From: Singulisphaera sp. GP187 | GTDB taxonomy: Bacteria; Planctomycetota; Phycisphaerae; Phycisphaerales; SM1A02 | DNA length: 64,000 nt | Reading direction: 5' to 3' | NCBI GenBank assembly: GCA_945871915.1 | Contig: CAMBXO010000014.1 | Location: forward strand, 2,124 to 66,123 | In this document: positions 57,384-64,000 of the stretch, piece by piece | Layout of the letters: each line of letters begins with the position of its first letter | Numbering within the stretch: position 1 is the first letter of the stretch | Made by a program: the position numbers and the translations under genes | The notes under the pieces: generated by a model | What the model saw: the letters and a program-made list of their open reading frames with translations, nothing else | Databases searched by the model: none | What the model was told of the DNA's origin: nothing

Positions 57384-58538
57384 TTACGCCGTGGCATACG
57401 CACCGATGGCTTGAGCCATTTCAAGTGTGGAGGCTTTGCCACCCATGTCATAGGTTCGAACTTTGCCTTCTACAATCACCCGTGCAATGGCCGCTTCGAG
57501 TCGCGTGGCCATATCCGTTTCCTTGAGCCAGTCCAGCATCATCTTGGCGGTGAGCAACATGGCAATTGGATTCACCTTGTATTGGCCGGAGTACTTGGGT
57601 GCGGAACCGTGTGTGGGTTCAAACACGGCGTAGGTGTCGCCCAGATTGGCGCTGGGTGCAAACCCCAACCCTCCAATGAGACCGGCGCACAAATCACTCA
57701 CAATGTCGCCGAACATATTTTCAGCCACCAGCACCGAATAATCCTGAGGGTTCTTGAACATCCACATGCAGATGGCATCAATGTTGGCTTCGTCCGCCCA
57801 GATGTCCGGGTAACTCTTGGCCACTTCCCGGAAGCAACGCGTCATCAGGCCACCCGTCTCTCGCAACACATTGGGTTTTTCGATCAATGTCACACGCTTG
57901 CGACCGGTCTTCTTGGCAAATTCAAACGCCTGCTTGCAAATGCTGGTGCATCCTTGCTTGCTCACAATCCGCGTGGACAACGCGACATGCTCTAAGCCCT
58001 TGGCTTTCCACGGCTTCATTTTTGGATTTGCACATAGGGCTTCATACACCGACTCCGGCAATGGGAAGAACTCCACGCCTCCATACATGCCCTCCGTGTT
58101 TTCTCGAAACACCACTTGATCGATCTTGACATCTTCGCCACTGGGATTGGTGATCTTGTTGCCTCGATAATTCAAAGGGTTTCCCGCATAACTCTTGCAC
58201 GGCCGCATGTTGGTGTGCAGATTGAACATCTGCCGCAATTTCACAATGGGCGAGAAGTACACCAAGCCCTTGTCCTTGAGCGATGGAATGAGCTCTTCCT
58301 TCGCTTCATCCTGCGGTTTACTGGTGATGGCCCCAAAGAGGCCGCAGGTGGTTCCCTTCAGGGCGGCCACAGTGCGGTCGGGAAGGGCGTTGCCCTCATT
58401 GCACCAGAACTCCCAGCCAATATCGCATCGCACATATTCCGCGTCAAAACGCAACTGATCTAAGACGCCTCGTGTGGCCTCCATGACATCGTTGCCAACA
58501 CCGTCTCCGGGCATCCACGCAATTTTGTATTTCGACAT
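57384..58538 (-). CDS. Icd-type beta-decarboxylating dehydrogenase (isocitrate/isopropylmalate dehydrogenase superfamily)
   Basis: PGDGVGNDV, VFRENTEGMY, GDIVSDL and EPTHGSAPKYSGQYKVNP closely parallel E. coli Icd (EATHGTAPKYAGQDKVNP). The substrate loop reads SPIVKLRQ instead of SLNVALRQ. Confidence 0.85.
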   Translation of the reverse strand: MSKYKIAWMPGDGVGNDVMEATRGVLDQLRFDAEYVRCDIGWEFWCNEGNALPDRTVAALKGTTCGLFGAITSKPQDEAKEELIPSLKDKGLVYFSPIVKLRQMFNLHTNMRPCKSYAGNPLNYRGNKITNPSGEDVKIDQVVFRENTEGMYGGVEFFPLPESVYEALCANPKMKPWKAKGLEHVALSTRIVSKQGCTSICKQAFEFAKKTGRKRVTLIEKPNVLRETGGLMTRCFREVAKSYPDIWADEANIDAICMWMFKNPQDYSVLVAENMFGDIVSDLCAGLIGGLGFAPSANLGDTYAVFEPTHGSAPKYSGQYKVNPIAMLLTAKMMLDWLKETDMATRLEAAIARVIVEGKVRTYDMGGKASTLEMAQAIGAYATA

Positions 58539-58589
58539 TCGGTACGCGTCCTTTGGGTGTAAATTCTGGATCGAAGAAGTTGCGAAATG

Positions 58590-60563
58590 CTACAGCACTC
58601 GCAGCCGCGAGGCGACAAGCTGTTCCGCACCTCCCGCCACGATCAATTCTTGCGCCGCGGGGCTTAGCGGTGAGAAAGCAAACGACTTTCCATCCATTTG
58701 CAGGGTTGACGAACCGTAATCAATGGACAGATGACCTGCGACGGTGGTTGGTGCAGTACGCCCAACCGAAGCACGAAGGTGCGCGACAAGTGCCGGGCAC
58801 TCAAAGACCACAAACCCGTTATTGAAAGCATTGCGCTTATAGGTCTCCGAAAAGCTGCTCGCAATCACACAGGGAATCCCTTTAAACTTGAGCGCGGTCG
58901 CCGCTTGTTCACGACTGGATCCGGTTCCAAAGTTCAGCCCCCCCACCACAATGTCACCCTTGGCATATAGGGCGTTGAACTGTGGGTCGTAATTCTCAAA
59001 GGTCACCGCAGCCATCTGCTCTGGGGACAAGTCGTCCCGGTATGTGTGTTTTCCGGCGTAGATGCCATCGGTGTTCAAATTGTCTTTGTCAACAAACAGA
59101 ACGCGACCTTGCACACGGCCCGGAAATCCGGCGACAATTTCAACTGTGGTTGCGGCCGCAGGCGCCGGCACCGATCGACGCACCATGGTTGCAGCCGCTC
59201 GATCAGAAAACTCGTGTGGGGAACAAATAAATCCAGCCAACGCGCTCGCTGCGACCACCGCCGGCGATCCCAAGTACACCTGCGCACTTGGGTCACCCAT
59301 ACGGCCCTTAAAATTTCGATTGGTGGCGCTGATGGCCACTTCGCCCTTGCCAACCAATCCCTTCCCAAGTCCGATGCATGTTCCGCAACCCGGCGGAAGC
59401 GGAATCGCACCAGCATCCGTAAGCGTCTTCCAGTCACCGGCAGCTTCACTCTTGGCCTGCACTTCTGCACTGGCCGCAGCAAGATAAAACTCCACACCCG
59501 TTGCCACGTGGCCTCGTTTGTTTCGAACGACCTCCGCGGCCTCATGCAAATCCTCCAACCGTGCATTCACGCATGAGAGCAAGTACGCCTTCTGAATCGC
59601 AACCCGCTGTTTTTGAATGTGAGGCAACGACACCATGGTCTTGACTTCATTGGGGCCTGCGACATGCGGCACCACCGTGGCAAGATCCAATTCCAACTCA
59701 ATGGCATATTCCGCGTCGCTGTCTGCCGTCAGATTGGCGCGATCCTTCCACCATGCGTCGATGGCGGCGTTCGAATAGCCCGATCGACTCTGTGGCCCGC
59801 GGGTCCCCGGCCGCAAGAGATTGGTGAAGGTGCCAACGCGTGAACGTAAATACTCCACCGTCACTTCATCAAAAGGAAAGACACCGGCCAGCGCACCCCA
59901 CTCAGTCGTCATGTTGGCGATGGTCATCCGCGAATCCATCGACAGATGCGAAAGACCATCGCCCACAAATTCGACGGCGTGGTTGAGCACTTCGTCGTTG
60001 TTGAATAATCCGCAGAGCGCAATGATGACATCCTTGCCAGTGACACCACTCCGCAACCGGCCCGTCAGGCGTACGCGAGCCACCGCAGGCACCTGCCACC
60101 ACGTCACGCCGGTCGCCCAAATGCTGGCCGCGTCTGTTCGCACCACCGGCGTACCGAGTGCGGCCACCGCTCCATACAAATTGGAATGCGAATCACTTCC
60201 AACCACCAAGGAGCCCGGCACCACATACCCCTGCTCCACCATCACCTGATGCGAAATGCCTGTCCCCGGCGGATAAAAATCCACGCCATGCTCCTTCGCA
60301 AAGGCCTGAATTTTGGCGTACTTCGCCACATTTTCTGGCGTGACATTTTGAATGTCGTGGTCGATCGCAAAGACCGGTTGCGGTGGGTCCACAATGCGAG
60401 TGGCCCCCATCTGCCGAAATTTTGGAATAACCGCGCCGGTGTTGTCATGCGTCATCACATGCCTAGGGCGAATGCTGATGAAGTCACCTGCACGCACCAC
60501 GGCACCAGAACGCAATCCATCCGCATGACGGGCGGCAATTTTTTCAACCAGCGTAAGACCCAT
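58590..60563 (-). CDS. aconitase-family hydro-lyase, fused catalytic + swivel domains (657 aa)
   Basis: GSDSHS, Fe-S ligand motifs LSCVNAR and GCGTCIG, NRNFKGRMG, and a C-terminal LeuD-like swivel (GGLNFGTGSSREQA). Confidence 0.85.
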   Translation of the reverse strand: MGLTLVEKIAARHADGLRSGAVVRAGDFISIRPRHVMTHDNTGAVIPKFRQMGATRIVDPPQPVFAIDHDIQNVTPENVAKYAKIQAFAKEHGVDFYPPGTGISHQVMVEQGYVVPGSLVVGSDSHSNLYGAVAALGTPVVRTDAASIWATGVTWWQVPAVARVRLTGRLRSGVTGKDVIIALCGLFNNDEVLNHAVEFVGDGLSHLSMDSRMTIANMTTEWGALAGVFPFDEVTVEYLRSRVGTFTNLLRPGTRGPQSRSGYSNAAIDAWWKDRANLTADSDAEYAIELELDLATVVPHVAGPNEVKTMVSLPHIQKQRVAIQKAYLLSCVNARLEDLHEAAEVVRNKRGHVATGVEFYLAAASAEVQAKSEAAGDWKTLTDAGAIPLPPGCGTCIGLGKGLVGKGEVAISATNRNFKGRMGDPSAQVYLGSPAVVAASALAGFICSPHEFSDRAAATMVRRSVPAPAAATTVEIVAGFPGRVQGRVLFVDKDNLNTDGIYAGKHTYRDDLSPEQMAAVTFENYDPQFNALYAKGDIVVGGLNFGTGSSREQAATALKFKGIPCVIASSFSETYKRNAFNNGFVVFECPALVAHLRASVGRTAPTTVAGHLSIDYGSSTLQMDGKSFAFSPLSPAAQELIVAGGAEQLVASRLRVL

Positions 60564-60566
60564 GCG

Positions 60567-61181
60567 CTACTTCTTTGTGGCTCGCTTGCCCAGCCACTTT
60601 GCAATGTCAAAGTCCACAAAGTCCGCATGATGGAAAATGATCGATTCGACCGACCGCTCCATCTTGTCCCCTTCGTGGCTATGCGTAGCAATGATGTGCA
60701 TGACTTCGCCTGGAATGCCGTGCTTGTACGCCAAAGCCACCCCTGTAAATGGATGGCGAACTTGCTGGCCAAAAGTTCCCTGAATCACTTTGCCTGATGC
60801 GTCCTTGTCAAATTCAAGTGGCTTGCCAACATCGGCCAGCAGCGCGCCGGCAATGAGCACATCCCGTTGAATCGGAATACCGCACCGAAAGGAACGCTCC
60901 AACACATCCGCAATGGCCATGCATTGCAGCACACACGAATTCAGATGCTCGACAAAGGTCATGTCAATGTCGCCCGCAAGCAGCGTAAATTTGACCGCCC
61001 GCAATTCATCAAAGGTCCATCCCTTGCCTCCGCAACCCGAATGAATGGCTTCGTTCCACACCGCCGCGACTCGTTCACGCAGACTGCGATCGCCGATCTT
61101 GTGCAGGCTGGGAAAGAGTTCCGCGATTTCGTTTACACCAAAGGTTGTCCGTGCAGGTGAGGTCATGGTGGTCATCGGCAT
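60567..61181 (-). CDS. HD-superfamily domain protein with variant metal motif
   Basis: H...(30)...GALLADVGKP...HP....THSHEG...HHADFVD. The canonical HD doublet reads AD. Confidence 0.68.
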   Translation of the reverse strand: MPMTTMTSPARTTFGVNEIAELFPSLHKIGDRSLRERVAAVWNEAIHSGCGGKGWTFDELRAVKFTLLAGDIDMTFVEHLNSCVLQCMAIADVLERSFRCGIPIQRDVLIAGALLADVGKPLEFDKDASGKVIQGTFGQQVRHPFTGVALAYKHGIPGEVMHIIATHSHEGDKMERSVESIIFHHADFVDFDIAKWLGKRATKK

Positions 61182-61184
61182 ACT

Positions 61185-62897
61185 TTACGAGGTCATGGTT
61201 CGCGGCGCAGGCCCGTCGTAGCCATGGTGAACTGGGTCAATTCGACGCATCGGTTTTTCACGCGACTGTTCTTCAATGGCGTGTGCCAGAAGTCCAGGCG
61301 TGCGTGCAATCATGAACATGCCGTTAAGAGCGGCGGAATCCATGCCAACATCGGCAAGAATGGCGCCGATGGCTCCATCCACATTGATCGGCAATGGTTT
61401 CTTGGCCGCTGCAAACCACTTCTCTACGGCGCGGGCTGCTTGCATATGCACACCCTCAACGCCCGCTTCGGCTGCCAACGCAAACAACCTTGCCGTGCGG
61501 GGGTCCTTGGTGTGGTAGCGATGACCGAAGCCTGGCATTCGATCGCCCGCCTCCTTCATGGCTGCAAGTTCACACGCAGCGGCTTCGTCCATGGACACAC
61601 GATCCGTGGCACAACGATCCGCGATCCTTTTCAACTGTCGTGCGCAATCTTCGATCGCACCACCATGGTGCTGATTGATCGACAAGATTCCGGCCGCTAC
61701 CGCCGCATTGAGCGAGGCACCGGTGGAGGCCACCGTCCGCGCCGCCAGCGCACTCGGTGGCGTAGCGCCATGATCAATCGATGCCACCAACACAGCATCC
61801 ATCAACTTTCCGATCGCCGCGGTTGGCAATTCACCCTTCAGAATCAGGTACACCGCGCTGCCAAAGGACACTCGCCCCATCAGGTCGGCAATGTCATACC
61901 CCCGCACTGCCACTTTGTTGGGCTCGATGCGTGTCACCGCAGAGTTCCACAGAGCATTCTTGTCGGTTTCGCTCATCAGGCTTTGCCCTTTCATTCTCTT
62001 GAGTCTTTCCACCACGGCTTCTGGTAGTTCTCCAAACGCATCCACCACCGTTGCACCTGCGTCGCGCAACGCTTTCACTTTTCCGGCGTGCGTGCCGCGA
62101 CCATTTTCAATCATGGCACCAGCATGGCTAAAACGCGTGCCCTCGCGAGCCGCTTTGCCACCGATGTACGCAATCACCGGTTTGGTGACTTTGCGATCGC
62201 GAATCAGGCCGGCGAGTTCTTCTTCCTGTGACGAACCAATCTCGCCAAAAATCACAATGGCCTCGGTCAACGGATCGGCTTCAAACATCAGGGCCGCATC
62301 AGGAATCCGAATGCCCAGCACCGCATCGCCACCAAGATGCACAATCGTTGAAATGCGAACGCCCGCTTGCCCGAGGTAATACCCCGTGCTTGAGGCCATT
62401 CCACCAGAACGACTAATCACACCAACACCTGCGGGCAACCCGGGCTTGAACCATTGTTTCGCACTCTCGGCGCGCCCACCAATCATTCCAACCACCGCCT
62501 TGCCCGGACTCAACACTCCAAGCGTGTTCGGACCAAGAAATCGAGCGTGATTCAATTTGGCCGCAGCGGCAATTTCCATCGCATCCCACACCGGCACTCG
62601 ATCCGCAACAAGAACGGTGAGTTTGATTCCCGCTTCGATCGCTGCAATCGCGGCATCTTTCACGCCAAGCGCTGGCACAAATAGAACGGAGATATCCATT
62701 TCACCCAACTGGGCCACCGCTTCCGCGGGCGTGTTGAAGACCGGCACGCCAAGGACGGACTGACCACCCTTTCCTGGCGTGACACCGGCGACCACTTGGG
62801 TTCCATACTCACGCATCAGGCGGGTGCGAGCCAATCCCTCACGGCCCGTCATGCCCTGCACCAACACTCGTTTCGTTTCGTCAATCAGGATGGCCAT
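61185..62897 (-). CDS. SucD-like CoA-ligase alpha subunit fused to a citrate-synthase-like (citryl-CoA-lyase-type) domain
   Basis: The N-terminal ~290 aa are collinear with E. coli SucD ([34 protein letters not shown], phospho-His loop FSHAGAM). The C-terminal ~270 aa carry [24 protein letters not shown] and NVDG, as in the short citrate-synthase / Ccl / ACL C-domain. Confidence 0.85.
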   Translation of the reverse strand: MAILIDETKRVLVQGMTGREGLARTRLMREYGTQVVAGVTPGKGGQSVLGVPVFNTPAEAVAQLGEMDISVLFVPALGVKDAAIAAIEAGIKLTVLVADRVPVWDAMEIAAAAKLNHARFLGPNTLGVLSPGKAVVGMIGGRAESAKQWFKPGLPAGVGVISRSGGMASSTGYYLGQAGVRISTIVHLGGDAVLGIRIPDAALMFEADPLTEAIVIFGEIGSSQEEELAGLIRDRKVTKPVIAYIGGKAAREGTRFSHAGAMIENGRGTHAGKVKALRDAGATVVDAFGELPEAVVERLKRMKGQSLMSETDKNALWNSAVTRIEPNKVAVRGYDIADLMGRVSFGSAVYLILKGELPTAAIGKLMDAVLVASIDHGATPPSALAARTVASTGASLNAAVAAGILSINQHHGGAIEDCARQLKRIADRCATDRVSMDEAAACELAAMKEAGDRMPGFGHRYHTKDPRTARLFALAAEAGVEGVHMQAARAVEKWFAAAKKPLPINVDGAIGAILADVGMDSAALNGMFMIARTPGLLAHAIEEQSREKPMRRIDPVHHGYDGPAPRTMTS

Positions 62898-64000
62898 TTA
62901 TCGCAAGCCTCCGACGGTTACTGGAGACACGCTCGACCGAGTCGGAAAGAGAAGTTCATCAAGCCCGGGAATATCCAATTCAAGAAAGAATCCCTCCACG
63001 CCTGCAAGCCTGCACTCGACATCACATGCAAGCAATTCCGAATCCTTGCCTGCAAATTCTTCCATCGACACCGAAGCGGTCGGTACACCTTGACGGTCCA
63101 CGATCAATCCGCCGGAATGCATTTCAACGGCGCGGTGAATCTGCCGCCATTGGTGGGCATCCATCCAGACTCGACCACCTTTGACTGGCAACATGATGGC
63201 CGACGAATCCTTTACAAACGACGGCACCTTGGGCTTTCGAGGTGTCCATCGACCGCCACCGGAACTTTGGATTAGTTCAGACAACCGAGCCGCAATCTTG
63301 GCGGGTGCATCGCTTTTGCGATAGCCCTCGATGGGTGCCCCAAGCACGCGTGCCATGCGATGCAAAATGTCCACGGCGCGGTCTTCGGTATTTCCGCCAA
63401 GGCGGATGACGGCAGGAATATCCAGATCAAGTTCCCAAAAGGCTTTGGCCAATCCATAGGCGGACCAATACTGTTCCTGACTTGCCACGCCTGACCCCGA
63501 TCCGAAATACCCAACAACATCCGGTTGGGACAAAATGATGCGACTGGCTCGATACACCTTGCTTGCAGATGGATTTCCGCTGGTGTCTGTGAAATTGGCA
63601 ATCGTGAAGCCAGCATTCACAATCGCATCCATGGACATCATGGACCCGCCGCCGCCAGCACCATGGAACCCAATCAATCCGTGAGTACCAGAAGCCGCAG
63701 CTGTTGCCAACTGTGCAAAGTAAAACGTGCCGCGATGGTCCTGCTGTTCAACCGCATACGCCACTCGCTCAAGTTGCGTTGGCGGGTGATCAAACTCCCG
63801 GGCAATCTCGATGCCAAGGTCCGGGTGGCGAACCACCGCATAGTCGTCAATGGTGATGCGGCAGTCCGCGGCCACCATCACGCCAGACTGTGTCAGTGCA
63901 AGTGGATTGATCTCAAGCGACCGAGCTTCCACTGCGCGAGCCGCCGCAAATAATTTTTGAATCGATTCGCTCAATAACGTTGCCTGCGCAGGCGATTCAC
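62898..64000 (-). CDS. SucC-like ATP-grasp CoA-ligase beta subunit, partial (N-terminus beyond window), with a 122-aa C-terminal extension
   Basis: The frame is open to the window edge. LEINPLA, the CoA-ligase domain [17 protein letters not shown] and ANFTDTSG are present. The stop abuts the start of the next gene. Confidence 0.8.
   Translation of the reverse strand, partial: ESPAQATLLSESIQKLFAAARAVEARSLEINPLALTQSGVMVAADCRITIDDYAVVRHPDLGIEIAREFDHPPTQLERVAYAVEQQDHRGTFYFAQLATAAASGTHGLIGFHGAGGGGSMMSMDAIVNAGFTIANFTDTSGNPSASKVYRASRIILSQPDVVGYFGSGSGVASQEQYWSAYGLAKAFWELDLDIPAVIRLGGNTEDRAVDILHRMARVLGAPIEGYRKSDAPAKIAARLSELIQSSGGGRWTPRKPKVPSFVKDSSAIMLPVKGGRVWMDAHQWRQIHRAVEMHSGGLIVDRQGVPTASVSMEEFAGKDSELLACDVECRLAGVEGFFLELDIPGLDELLFPTRSSVSPVTVGGLR

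Noticed and set aside
1-64000. Whole-window scan for CRISPR arrays, transposases, integrases, prophage, toxin-antitoxin or known defence-system genes
   Set aside because: None were found. The only repeats are the 2-copy 30-bp element and the 4-copy 11-bp array, and neither has spacer-repeat architecture or adjacent cas-like genes.

Overview
Gene-dense, moderately GC-rich bacterial chromosomal segment with about 55 protein-coding genes and one RNase P RNA. I found no rRNA, tRNA, CRISPR array, transposase, integrase or phage genes, and no recognisable defence genes. Several traits point to a PVC/Planctomycetota-like organism, but this is inference only. These are a DUF1573-type 'CGC' domain fused to ankyrin repeats, dockerin/EF-hand-like tags on a secreted protease, a fused SecDF of about 1170 aa, and many lipoproteins. 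Most of the window is housekeeping: thiL-tsaE, lysC, typA, rplU, rnpB, smc, tgt-yajC-secDF, xseAB, recG, ispD-rsmD, aroA, apt, hppD and thrABC. Gene starts in the ORF track are often over-extended in this GC-rich DNA, so I re-picked them where a signal peptide, a homologous N-terminus or a stop/start overlap supported a shorter start. Four things deserve a second look. (1) A tightly packed minus-strand operon at 55.9-64.0 kb, truncated by the window edge. It encodes a SucC-like subunit with a novel tail, a SucD-like/citryl-CoA-lyase-like fusion, a variant HD protein, a fused aconitase-family protein, an Icd-type dehydrogenase with an altered substrate pocket, and an MmgE/PrpD protein. This is a candidate undescribed tricarboxylate (citrate-analogue) pathway or an unusual citrate-cleavage/synthesis arm. 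(2) A predicted catalytically dead S2P/M50-like protein and an intact rhomboid share a C-terminal EIDRIL..KI...G..SLS motif and head the tgt-yajC-secDF operon. (3) An orphan, lipidated FlgI (P-ring)-like protein carries an inserted HEAT-repeat block. (4) TsaE is fused to a YacG zinc ribbon. All homology statements come from by-eye motif and alignment recognition and need HMM or structure confirmation.
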